A stretch of 64,000 bases of DNA from Malacoraja senta (taxonomy: Eukaryota), in the NCBI GenBank assembly GCA_038087875.1, contig JAXLNO010000176.1, positions 1 through 64,000 on the forward strand, given 5' to 3'. Under the pieces are notes generated by a model. It had not been told where the DNA came from, did no database searches, and saw nothing but the letters and a program-made list of their open reading frames with translations. Of the stretch, positions 49,620-60,947 are shown in pieces (position 1 is the stretch's first letter; each line of letters opens with the position of its first letter). Position numbers and translations under genes: made by a program.

Positions 49620-51130
49620 AAGCAATGTTACAAAATTTTGAGATTTTCAAAATCACGTCTGCAATTTATCCCATCAGATAAAGCATAAAAAGAAGTTTAA
49701 TTTGACACCTAATTCACTTTCATATCTTCAGTATTAAAATTGTTATGGCCATTTTCATACTCGGAAATTAGCATCTTGTACCCTATTGCTTTTCCATTGA
49801 CTAAACACAAAAGCTGTGATCGAGGTCAGTCAAAAGCCCATAACTTTCTTAAAAATTAAGAGAACTGAAAGAAATGTCCAGTTATTATGGATTGAAGCAT
49901 TCTGAAACAAATATGAAACAATTTTACTTGGATGACCTGAAATTAAAGCATATAATCAGTTAGTTACCTAATTGTAGCTAATTACAAAATTCAATTACTA
50001 GATCTAAACATCTATCCATTTCTTAAGAAAAGATTAACATTTTTAAATACCCTGTGTCCAAATAAGATTCATACAAGAATTCACAATATAACATGATTTT
50101 TAAATCTCATTGTCATGAATTTATAGGCCAAATGGAAGGAATTTAGTGTTTAATTCCTGTAGATAAGACTCCTCCTGGCAGGTAAACCAGATCACTTCCA
50201 TCTGACGTGGTCTGCATTTATAGAATTATTACAAATATAGGGTGCAAAGGTACCTTAAAAAAAGAAAACTGAGGTCAGGTAAAGGGTGATGATAGCTGGA
50301 AAGTTGGTATGTCCCATTTGCGTAATGCTCATAAAAACTATTTGTTTTTCTCTTTCTCCTCTTTCTCTTTCTCCTTCTTTTCTAGGGTCTATTTCTTAAC
50401 TCTTTTTCTTTTGTTTTTAATTTTGTTCTTATAGGGTCTTCGTTCTGTCTTGTTGTCACACTTTCTACACTTTCACTTTTTCCTTCACTTTCTTCTTTCT
50501 TTCAATCTTATCCTTTCCTTTTACTAGTGTAAAAAAACAAACGGAGTACATTAATTGTAAGAAGATATAAGTGACGAGTACTAATGTATGTGGTTGTAAT
50601 GTAATGTACTTCTAATAAATAAAAATTTAATTCCCGTAAATTAATGGCCATTTTAATCATCTTGCGAGTGGAACGCGATCATTTGGAACGTTGCATTGGC
50701 GGTGAATTTAAACCCCATATCGGCAGGGAAAATACTGCCGGTTTGTTTATTTACATAATCACATTTTCGCAACGTAAAATTTGGATTAAGGTAATCCTAA
50801 GAAGCACGTTTATATGTAAAATAAATGGCTTATCTTTAGCTGTCCCGTACGTGAAATCCGTCCCGGTTATCGGCGGTTACGGCATTAGAAGCTGATTTTT
50901 ATTTTACTCCAGCGCTGAAATTGTCCCGCGATTTAAAAAAAAGAATTCACAGAACAGCAGTCGGAACAATTCTTCAGCATTAGCTAGCACCCCGAGAAGA
51001 TATATCCAGGACAGGCGATAGAAAACCGCATTTTAACCCCGCCCCCCCCCCTCAAAGGCGCCAAAGTCGCGCACACTGCCAGTGACAGAACTGCAGCGCC
51101 ACTGAAGGTAAGTTTTGTAACATACCTACT
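49620..51130. mobile_element. Unclassified non-autonomous DNA element with subterminal inverted repeats
   Basis: atgttacaaaa(t/c)tt at 49625-49638 and inverted at 51110-51123; possible 5-bp TSD ACAAC at 49615-49619 and 51131-51135. Confidence 0.55.
50166..50625 (+). mobile_element. 5'-truncated L1 related to the full-length L1
   Basis: Encodes RLLLAGKPDHFHLTWSAFIELLQI* versus ORF2 end RFLLVGKVDQFQKTWSTFLDLLQA*; shared 3' UTR motif ttcttttctagggtctattt; imperfect TSD tttaattcc(t/c)gta(g/a)at. Confidence 0.85.
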
Positions 51131-52166
51131 ACAACTAATGCAGTTTTAGTCAATAATCATTGCATACTCTGCAGGCTCTTTCCATCCCAGTTTAGAGGTT
51201 AAAGTTGTGCATGCGTATATTATTTACATGCAGAAATTTGCCATTAATCACAATGAGTAGTTAGACTTTACATTCTAGCGCTCCTGAGACAATGCTTTGC
51301 ACACTGGTAGTATTTGATCCTGACAATGGGTACTGGCTGTTTGCGTGGCTTTCCTCGGAGTGTCATGGAGTCATAGAGTAAGTGTGGAAACAATCCCTTC
51401 AGCCCAACTTGCCCACACCGGCCAACATGTCCCAGCTACACTAGTCCCACTTGCCTGCGCTTGGTCCATATCCCTCCAAACCTGTCCTATCCATGTACCT
51501 GTCTAACTGTTTCTTAAACATTGGGATAGTCCCAGCCTCAACTACCTCCTCTGGCAGCTTGTTCCTTACACCCACGTGGGATGTGGTAGTGCTTTGGCTT
51601 CCTACCACATCCCACAAACATGCGGGTTTGTACGTTAATGGTCTCTGTAAATTTGCTCCTGGTGTGCAGGGAGTAGAGTGAAAAGTGGTATACATAGATA
51701 CATAGAAAATGGGTGCAGGAGTAGGCCATTTGGCCCTTTGAGCCAGCACTGCCATTCAATACCGCCATTCAATGTGATGATGGCTGATCTTCCACAATCA
51801 GTACCCCGTTCCTGCCTTCTCTCCATATCCCTTGATTCCACGAACCTTAAGAGTTCTGTCTAACTCTCTTTTGAATACATCCAGTGAATCGGCGTTCAAT
51901 GTCTTCTGAGGCAGAGAATTCCACAAATTCTCAACTAATGTGAATGGGTGATCGATGGTCGGCATGGTCTTGATGGGCCTGTTTCCATGCTGTATCTCTA
52001 AACTAAATTAAACGATAAAAAGGTGTTAGATTTCCAACTTTTGGGGGGAAAATGTAACAGGTAATGTAAATAAGATTCTTACCAACATAGGAGATCTCAG
52101 AAAAGTTGATTCAGGTACATTGCCGATGAGTAAATTGTTAATGGTTAAATACAGAAGAGATACATG

Positions 52167-52392
52167 AAGGTAGACACAAAATGCTGGAGTAACTCTGTGG
52201 GACAGGCAGCATCTCTGGAGAGAAGGAATGGGTGACGTTTCGGGTCGAGACCCTTCTTCAGTCTGAAGAAGGTTCTCAACCCAAAACGTCGCCCATTCCT
52301 TCTCTCCATAGATGCTGCCTCACCTGCTGAGTTACTCCAGCATTTTGTGTCTACCTTCGAATTAAACCAGCATCTGTAGTTCTTTCCTACAT
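52167..52392. mobile_element. Palindromic Penelope-derived non-autonomous repeat
   Basis: ~95-bp inverted arms centred at ~52262; 13-bp TSD GAAGAGATACATG at 52154-52166 and 52393-52405. Confidence 0.88.
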
Positions 52393-52979
52393 GAAGAGAT
52401 ACATGGTGTCAGAAACCAGGGCAGTAAGCAGTATGATCTGTGTGTGGCATTAGCAGGTTTTGCTGCTATAAACCAAATCCATTATGAAGGGCTCTGTTAA
52501 AACAAGGGTTTATTATAATCCCAAACATTGATTTTGTCGTTTGTCTATCCAGTCAACTTTTCTTCTGCTGTTTATTTGCTTGATTAAGTTTAAAATGACC
52601 TCATGCAGATCAGTGCTATTTTAATACATTTTTCTTTTTTTCCCCGCTGTCATTCATTCCAAAGATCCTGCAGGAACAATCATCTTCAGAGTCTTCCCCA
52701 CGGGACTGATCCGACCTTGAACTTAGTTTCCTGTTTTTCCCCACATAGAGAGCATGTTGAGTTTGCGTTGCCACTTTGTTTTCTCAGTTTAGTTCAAATC
52801 AACATTTACCTATGCGGCATATTGAACTGACAATGAATGTGAATGCAGCAAATGGCGGTGGGTACCAACCTTCCAGGGAAGCTGGAGAAAAAAGAAATAA
52901 ATCCTGCAAAGCTTTGTATGTTGATCTGAAGACTGAGATTAATGTGATAATTAACACTTTGATTGATTAATTCATTGAA

Positions 52980-53228
52980 TGATACAGCATTAGACCATCG
53001 ATAACCTGTTCACACCAATTCTGCGTTTTCCCACCTTCTCATCCATTCTCTGCACTCTAGGGGGAACTTACAAATGCCAATGAATCAGAAACCCACACGT
53101 ATTTGGGATGTAGGAGGGAACTGATGCACCCTGAGGAAACCCATGCAGTCACAGGGAAAATGTGCAAACTCCTTACAGACAGCACCTGAGGTCAGGATCG
53201 AACCGGATCTCTGGCGCTGTGAGGCAAT
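52980..53228 (-). mobile_element. HE1/V-SINE-like SINE fragment
   Basis: gaggtcaggatcgaaccggatctctggcgctgtgaggca is the reverse complement of the SINE head. Confidence 0.75.
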
Positions 53229-54893
53229 GTGGGAATACTGTAGATCCTCCAGACTATTCCAAGTGAATACAGCAGACTGCACTATATTATTTTCATATTT
53301 CTCTTCCATTGCTTTCAGTTGTCAATATTTAAAAAGTCTCAATGATTAGGCATGGCTTATTTTAAGAATTTAGAAACATAAGAAGGGGAGGAGTCCATTA
53401 GCACCTCAGGCCTATTCCACCATTCAATTTAGATTGTAGTTAATTAGATTTCCATTATCCTTGGTGTGAAGAATGATGTTCAAGGTTATGCTCCTACTCT
53501 GCCAATTGCTTGATACACTACAGTTTTTACTCGTGCTTATCTTTTATACTTATGCAATTGGAGAGACATTATGGCAAATTGGAGCAATAATTAATATTAT
53601 CAATTTGCTTCACTTGTGAAATTTAGTTTGTTAATTGGAGTCAATATTATTATGAGGATGAAGAGGATGTTTTTTTTTTTTTAGCTGAGCAAGTTTCTAT
53701 AATGTGGATTGGCAAGGAATTGAAATTGATGATCTGGCTAAACCATTTTTTTGGTTGTTTAAAGAAATCTTTAAACGTAATATTTCTTTTCTGATGACCA
53801 TTTTCCTGACAATCTGGTCTGAGATTCCACTTGCAAAAAAAAAAGTGACTTTTTATCCCCTTGAGCCTATGGCTGTGCTGGGGAATGTCACTTAGTATTA
53901 GCATCAAGCATTTCTAGGTCAGTTATAGCAAAGGTTTCCTGTTTTTCATTTCCCTTACCCGTCATCTTGTGGCCTCTGAGTGTGATAGCCATTTAGTGTC
54001 AGGTTTGTGCTGTCGGCCCAAGCCACTGGGAACTTGGATTGCAATTATCCAGACTTTTTATTGAACCCAAGACCCATTAAGGCATCAGCCTGACTGGATC
54101 TGAGCTCAGGTCTCAGTTGATATGACAACCTCTCATCCACTGCTCTACATATTCTTTTTGTACACTGATAAAACTTCAGAGACTTTCAGTACCTGAAGAA
54201 AATAATAATACAAAATAATTTAAAGACGACATGAAAGCTTGGTTTAACCAGCGTTTGCAATTTCTTAATTAAGTAAAGTTTTAATAGGTATATGGATTTT
54301 TTTAAATGTGAGAATGAGAATTAGTAATTTAATTGCACCTTTCATTGCATAAAGGGAACACTATGGAACTTGATGATCTTGTTATTATTATTTGCATGTT
54401 GGCCTAATTTAGTGTCACGTCTTCTTCCTGAATACCGGTGCTTCTAGAAATGCAACTTCACATGATCACTGCAATATTCTTTTTTTTTTTTTTTTTTTTT
54501 TTTTAATTTTATTTTTTAGAAGTACGGTAGATTACAGTAATGTACAACACGTATATATTAATACATTTTTTGTACCGCTTCACTTTTTTAAACTTTAAGA
54601 AAGAAAAAGAAAGAAGTAAGAAAAGTGAAGAAAGTGCGCAAAGGTTGTGAAGTGCAAAAGAGTGTTGGGAAAAGAAAGCCCCTTAGAAAAGAAGTTAGAG
54701 AAGGAAGTAAAGTTAGAAAATAGACCCTAGAAAAGAAAGAGAAAGAAAGAAGGAACAATCGCTCTATTATAACTCTTATACCATACTTCATAGAGAAGGA
54801 ACTACCAACCAAGTCTGTTTTTATTTTACCTCCCATTACCAGGTCCAGATACCTTTTATTTATTTATTTGTTTTTCTAAATTACTATTGCACC

Positions 54894-57800
54894 TCATGCT
54901 TGTAATAGGTCCAAAAACGTAGACCACGTCTTTTGAAATTGGTCTACTTTGCCTACTAGGAGGAATCTCATCTCTTCCAGATGTAATGTTTCCAACATAT
55001 TTGATGTCCACATTTTTATTGTTGGTGTGGGCGCATTTTTCCAGAATTTAAGTATAAGCTTTTTTCCCATTATTAGCCCATAATTGAGTAAATTCTTCTG
55101 ATACACGTTTAATTCAGGAATACCTTCCGATATTCCAAAAATAATCCATTCTGGTTTTGGTACCAGTTTTATTTTGATTAATTTTGAAAAAATATCAAAT
55201 ATTTCAAACCAGAATTTTTGGATTTTTGTACAAAAAACAAAAGAATGTGCTATGGTAGCTTCTTGACATATACATTTATCACAGATTGGTGAGACGTTAG
55301 GAAAGATTTTATTTAGTTTGGTTTTTGAATAATATAATCTATGTAATGTTTTAAATTGGATAAGCGTATGTCGTACGTTGATCGAGCATTTATGCACCTG
55401 TAATAAATGATTATCCCAACTCTCTTTTGAAATTTTTATACCTAGATCTTGTTCCCAATCTCTTCTAATTCCATCTGTTGTGGGTATTTCTATATTTAAG
55501 ATGATATTATATAAGTATGATATTAAATTAACTGATTCCGCCTTTGTCTTCATTGCTTCATCTAGTAAGTCGGAAGGCATATTATAATAATCTTTTGTGT
55601 GTGTTTTCAAATAGTCACAGATTTGTAGATATTTAAAATATTGATTATTTTTCAAATTATATTTCAGTTGTAGTTGTTGGAATGATAGTAATTTTTCTAA
55701 TTCATACAGATCTTCGAGCGTTTTGATTCCCATTCTTTCCCATTGTATAAATGCTTTATCTATGATTGAAGGTTTAAACGATGGGTTATTGACTATTGGT
55801 ATTAAGAGAGATAGGTTTCTTAATTTTAGATTCTGTTTTATTTGCTTCCATGTTATAATAGTGCTATATATAATTGGATTTTTATTATAATTTTTATTAT
55901 TCAAATTTATTGGAGAGAGAATAATCGCTCCTATATTATTCGGGGAGCAATCCCCTTTTTCCATTATAATCCAGTCCACCTGCTGGGCAGAATTGTCCAG
56001 CAGGTGAATCATATTTTTAATATTTACTGCCCAGTTATAATACATAAAGTTAGGGAGCGCTAGACCCCCCAACTCTTTTCGTTTGTTAAGGTGTGTTCTT
56101 TGTATTCTGTGGGATTTGTAATCCCATATAAAATTTGTAATGTCTGAGTCCAGTTTTTTGAAAAACTTTTTTGGGAGATATATAGGTATTGATTGAAATA
56201 GGTAAAGGATTTGTGGTAAGAAAATCATTTTTATAGCATTTATCCTACCTATTAAGGACATCGGAAGTGTTTTCCAAAATTTAATCAGATTATTTAATTT
56301 CTTAAGTAGGGGATTATAATTAGCTTTAAACATATCATGGTAATTTCTAGTAATCTCAATTCCTAAATATTTGAATTTTTCCATAGCTATTTTAAAAGGG
56401 AATTTCCTGAGATGTGTTGAGTCTTTTGGTTTAATCGACATAATTTCACTTTTGTTCCAATTTATTCTATATCCTGAAAAGGATCCAAAGTCCTCAATTA
56501 AGTTTAATATATTTGGTATACTAATTTGTGGTTTTGTGATGTACAGTAGTACATCATCAGCATATAGGGATAGTTTGTTGTTTGAATATTTTGTGTTATA
56601 ACCGTGAATATTCGAGTGTGTTCTTATTTTTTCAGCAAGGGGTTCAATTACCAAAGCAAATAACAGCGGTGATAGTGAACATCCTTGTCTGTTGCCCCTA
56701 GATAATTCGAATTTTGAAGATAATATATTATTAGTTAGTATTCTAGCCGTAGGTTTGTTATATAGTAGTTTTATCCATGCAATAAAGTTTTCTCCCAATT
56801 GGAATTTTTGCAATACTTTGATCATATAGTCCCATTCTACTTGATCAAACGCTTTTTCTGCGTCCAGTGAGATGATAGCTAACTCTTGGTCATAAGATTT
56901 ATGTGAATGCATTATGTTAAGCAAACGTCTCAAATTATTAAATGAGTGTCTCTTAGGTATAAATCCTGTTTGATCCTCATGTATTAGTCTACTAACATAC
57001 TTGCTTAATCTATTGGCTAATGTTTTTGCTATTATTTTCTGATCCGTATTTAACAAAGCAATAGCTCTATATGATCCTGGTTCTTCTATATTTTTATCTT
57101 TTTTAAGTATTAATATGATCGTTGATTCCGCTAGTGTTTCAGGTAGGTTTTGCTCTTTATAAGCATATGTATACATTTTTTGTAATCGTGGAGTAACTAT
57201 ATCATAAAAAGATTTATAAAATTCATTACTGAATCCGTCTGGTCCTGGTGTTTTTCCATTTTTTAGTGTTTTTATTGTGTCTTCTATCTCCTTAGAAGTA
57301 ATTTGTGCTCCCAGTTCCTCTTGTTCCCTGCGTTCTAATTGTGGTAGATTACAATTATCTAAAAATTCTGAGATTTTATTATTGTCTATTGACATTTTAG
57401 ATGTGTATAGATTCTGGTAAAATTGAGCAAATCTTTTATTAATATCCTTGGGTAGTGTTAATACTTCCCCTCTATCTGATTTAATCTTTAATATTGCATT
57501 CTCTTTTTCCCGTTTTTTAAGTTGTCGTGCTAGAAGTTTGTGGGGTTTGTCCCCGAATTCGAAGTGTTCTTGTTTTGTGATTTGAAATAATGTTATAACT
57601 TTCTCTGACAGTAATTTATTTAACTGAAATTTCAGTAGTAGTATTTTATTATGTTTATCCATAGTTGGGTCTTTAGCATTATCTATATCTAACTGTTTTA
57701 TTTGATCTTCTAAGTGTCTTTGTTCATTCTTATTCTTTTTATTTTGATAAGCTTGAAATGAAATAATGACTCCTCTTATAAATGCTTTGAAGGATTCCCA

Positions 57801-58685
57801 TAATAACGTGGGGGATATCTCTGGTGTATCATTTAACTCAAAAAATAGATCCATCTGTTTTTTTAGATAGATACTCCCTTGAGGGTCTTTTAAAATTTGT
57901 GAGTTAAACCTCCAGAACGGTTTATTCATAGACATTCCTTCTAGTTTTAGAACAAAAGTTAACGGAGAATGATCTGAGATCGCATTAATATGATATTTAG
58001 GATTCAGAGATTGCGAAATTAATTTTGTATCCACAAGAAAATAGTCTATCCGTGAATATGTTTTATGCACCATTGAATAAAACGAGTAATCCCTTCCCGT
58101 CGGGTTTGCAATCCTCCATACATCTGTTATATTTGTGTTTTCCATATATGTGTGTAAGAGTTCACTGGTTTTAGATTTCGTCTGACCTTTTTGTTTTTGC
58201 ATCGATTTATCTAAATAAGGATCTAAAACACAATTAAAATCTCCTCCGATTATAACATTTTGATAATTAGATTCTGCAATTATATTCAGAATTTTATTAA
58301 AAAATTGAGGGTTATCAAAGTTGGGCGCATATATGTTTGCCAGCGTAATTGGCATATTATTGATCTCCCCTGCTACTATAAGATATCTCCCTTCCTTATC
58401 TAAAATAGTGTTCTTTGATTTAAATGGAATTCCTTTACGAATAATAATTGCAGTACCTCTAGATTTGGAGGTAAATGAAGAGTGAAATGTTTGGCCTATC
58501 CAGTTCGCCCTCAGTCTTGTCTGATCTTGCTGTTTAAGATGTGTTTCCTGTAGAAACGCAATGTCCGTGTTGTATGATTTCAACTGAGCTAGTATCTTGC
58601 CCCTTTTAATAGGTTCATTAATCCCCCTTATATTCCAACTACATAATGTGATTCCTCCTATTTTCTTTTGATTGTCGTCATGCAT
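54894..58685 (-). CDS. L1 ORF2p (APE endonuclease, reverse transcriptase, C-terminal CCHC), 1263 aa
   Basis: WNIRG, LQETH, GDFN, RIDY, SDH; PGPDGF, DAEKAFD, RQGCSLSPLLF, YADD; CDKC...HSFVFC. Confidence 0.97.
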   Translation of the reverse strand: MHDDNQKKIGGITLCSWNIRGINEPIKRGKILAQLKSYNTDIAFLQETHLKQQDQTRLRANWIGQTFHSSFTSKSRGTAIIIRKGIPFKSKNTILDKEGRYLIVAGEINNMPITLANIYAPNFDNPQFFNKILNIIAESNYQNVIIGGDFNCVLDPYLDKSMQKQKGQTKSKTSELLHTYMENTNITDVWRIANPTGRDYSFYSMVHKTYSRIDYFLVDTKLISQSLNPKYHINAISDHSPLTFVLKLEGMSMNKPFWRFNSQILKDPQGSIYLKKQMDLFFELNDTPEISPTLLWESFKAFIRGVIISFQAYQNKKNKNEQRHLEDQIKQLDIDNAKDPTMDKHNKILLLKFQLNKLLSEKVITLFQITKQEHFEFGDKPHKLLARQLKKREKENAILKIKSDRGEVLTLPKDINKRFAQFYQNLYTSKMSIDNNKISEFLDNCNLPQLERREQEELGAQITSKEIEDTIKTLKNGKTPGPDGFSNEFYKSFYDIVTPRLQKMYTYAYKEQNLPETLAESTIILILKKDKNIEEPGSYRAIALLNTDQKIIAKTLANRLSKYVSRLIHEDQTGFIPKRHSFNNLRRLLNIMHSHKSYDQELAIISLDAEKAFDQVEWDYMIKVLQKFQLGENFIAWIKLLYNKPTARILTNNILSSKFELSRGNRQGCSLSPLLFALVIEPLAEKIRTHSNIHGYNTKYSNNKLSLYADDVLLYITKPQISIPNILNLIEDFGSFSGYRINWNKSEIMSIKPKDSTHLRKFPFKIAMEKFKYLGIEITRNYHDMFKANYNPLLKKLNNLIKFWKTLPMSLIGRINAIKMIFLPQILYLFQSIPIYLPKKFFKKLDSDITNFIWDYKSHRIQRTHLNKRKELGGLALPNFMYYNWAVNIKNMIHLLDNSAQQVDWIIMEKGDCSPNNIGAIILSPINLNNKNYNKNPIIYSTIITWKQIKQNLKLRNLSLLIPIVNNPSFKPSIIDKAFIQWERMGIKTLEDLYELEKLLSFQQLQLKYNLKNNQYFKYLQICDYLKTHTKDYYNMPSDLLDEAMKTKAESVNLISYLYNIILNIEIPTTDGIRRDWEQDLGIKISKESWDNHLLQVHKCSINVRHTLIQFKTLHRLYYSKTKLNKIFPNVSPICDKCICQEATIAHSFVFCTKIQKFWFEIFDIFSKLIKIKLVPKPEWIIFGISEGIPELNVYQKNLLNYGLIMGKKLILKFWKNAPTPTIKMWTSNMLETLHLEEMRFLLVGKVDQFQKTWSTFLDLLQA

Positions 58686-59897
58686 TTTTACCAGTTTTAA
58701 TGACCTTAATTATTGTGGTGCGTTCATACCTCCGGACTCTGGTTATTTTGGGAGTATTTCTATTATAGACTTCCTTGGTAGTTCTCCTGCGCGATTGTCC
58801 TTGAAGAAAAAACACACAGATGTGACATATTGTGATTAAAAAAAAAATATATAAATCAAATAAATTTACGGTGTCTAAAATTTCAACACCGTAGTGAGTG
58901 GCCCACTCATCTGTGGGGTACGACATCCATAACGCTTCCGGCGTAGTTGGTATAAAGTTAGCCCCGCTGTATTTATTACCCAAAATCTATGGGGTCATTA
59001 CCGTTTCCAATTCAGTTCTATTTCACCCAGTTACAATTTATATATATGTCAAATGTATTCGATTCCATATCCTACTCACTCTTTATCTCTTAACTATTTT
59101 AAAATGAATTTAGTATTGTTAAAGTGAGCGGTTTACTGAGTGGATTAACCGGAGTCAGGTTCCTGGAATTGTGCCAGGTGCCTGATCTCCTCTCCTCTCC
59201 ACGAGCTGCGAACATAGGTGATAACTGCTGTCTGCGTTATGACGCAGGCACCACAGTTTTATCAGTTTCAAATATTATTTCTATATTAGTATTGTTAATT
59301 ATTAATTATGATTAATTCTCAGCATTTTGTAAAACTATATAAGCCGTATATATTTTTCATATCAACCTCGAGTGTATATTATCTCTTAACTATTTTAAAT
59401 TGGTTTTAATATTGTTAAAAATGAGCTGTTCGCTGGGAGGGTTAACGGGAGTCTGGCTCCTGGAGTTATGCCAGGTACCCGGTCTCCCCCTCCCTCCACT
59501 CTCGAGCTGCATAGCACTTGCTGTTATCTGCTAAACAGAGCACATTTTTTATCTATTTCAATTGCTATTTCTATATTAGTATTGTTAATTGTTAATTATT
59601 ATTAGTTCTCAGTTTTTTCAGTTTTTTATAAACAATATAAGCCATGTGATGTTTTTCACTCTCAGCCCAGCAGTTCGTCCCGTGTTATCAGGTTTTCCTC
59701 GTTTGAGCACGTAGTGTCCTTGAATTACATAGCACAATGTTCCAGCGAAGATAATAATGTCTAGCCACGTCTCACTAAGAATCTGTTGCTTGAAGTCAAA
59801 TAAAAAATAAAAAAATCAGTGTTCAGTTAATTCACTTTCCTTGTGATACTCTTGTTGGAAGAATAAGCAAGTTCGTTTGTTCATGTCGTCTTGGTTT

Positions 59898-60893
59898 TCA
59901 ATCTCCAGTTGATGCAGCCTTAGTCGCGATTTCTTGAGCGTATTTGAGAGATTCATCCGAATTAGTGAATGTTTTTGACACTCCCTCAAAGGTGATACGC
60001 ATTCTAGCCGGATAGAACACTCCACACAAAACTCCCTTAACACCATAAAGAACTTCTCTGGTCTGTGAGAACTTTCTTCTCTTTTGCTCAATCTCATAAG
60101 GGTAGTCCCGTAGGAGTTTAATAGTATCACCTCTGTACATCATCTTCTCTCCGTGGTTGATTTTTTTCATCAGCGCTTCCATTGTTGAGATATCCCGAAG
60201 TTTAATTATGATCTGTCGTGGGTAGGCACGTTCTCCTTGAGATCTTGATTTAAATCTGGGGAGTCGATGTGCTACTTCAATTACAGGTACTTCTGGTAGC
60301 TTCAGTACGTGTTTAATTAGGTTGGCAGCGAACTCACAAACATTGTCCCCCTCAGCTCCCTCTTTTACACCACGTATTCTTATATTTTGGCGTCTTGAGC
60401 GAGCTTCTAGGTCAACACATTTATTCGAAACCTTTGTGACTTGGTTCTTGAGACTATCTATTTCTGACTTCATAGTCTGCATCTCTCCAGCCATCACTTC
60501 CACAACAGCTTCCAAATCATTCACTGCAGATGCATTTGCAGCCACAGTTTCGTACACAGCCTCAAACATCTTTGTGGTCTCTTCTGCCACCTTTTCAATT
60601 TTTATCGATAATCCTTTTTCCACACCTTCAATTCTTTTTTGGAGAGCCTCAATACCCTCAAGTATTTTATCATTACCGGCCATCAATTTACTGTTCCCAG
60701 CTTCCATATCATTTTTGATATCTCTTACCGAGTTTCTTAAGTCCTCCATTTCGGCTTTCTCTTTTGCAGATCGAGTAGCCATTCCAGAGACCTCTCCAGA
60801 GGTCAGTTCTGAAGTTTCTTGCTGTTCCAGAGTCTTCAGCAGATGTTTTGAGATTTTCCTCTGTGGGCTCTGACCTGGAGATGTACTTTTCAT
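59898..60893 (-). CDS. L1 ORF1p (coiled coil + RRM/CTD), 331 aa
   Basis: Heptad-rich N-terminal half, DLEARSRRQNIRIRGVKE, AHR, PRQII, DY, YPARMRI. Confidence 0.95.
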   Translation of the reverse strand: MKSTSPGQSPQRKISKHLLKTLEQQETSELTSGEVSGMATRSAKEKAEMEDLRNSVRDIKNDMEAGNSKLMAGNDKILEGIEALQKRIEGVEKGLSIKIEKVAEETTKMFEAVYETVAANASAVNDLEAVVEVMAGEMQTMKSEIDSLKNQVTKVSNKCVDLEARSRRQNIRIRGVKEGAEGDNVCEFAANLIKHVLKLPEVPVIEVAHRLPRFKSRSQGERAYPRQIIIKLRDISTMEALMKKINHGEKMMYRGDTIKLLRDYPYEIEQKRRKFSQTREVLYGVKGVLCGVFYPARMRITFEGVSKTFTNSDESLKYAQEIATKAASTGD

Positions 60894-60931
60894 TTAAAAT
60901 GACTTTCCCTCCGTTAAAATCGCGGCGCTTA

Positions 60932-60947
60932 CTGATGACGTCATCAG
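60932..60947. promoter_or_regulatory. Perfect 16-bp palindrome with a CRE (TGACGTCA) in the L1 5' UTR
   Basis: ctgatgacgtcatcag; function inferred only. Confidence 0.5.

Noticed and set aside
60322..60873. 183-aa antisense ORF in L1 ORF1
   Set aside because: Ser/Phe/Ile-rich mirror of a Glu/Lys-rich coiled coil, with a non-ATG start.
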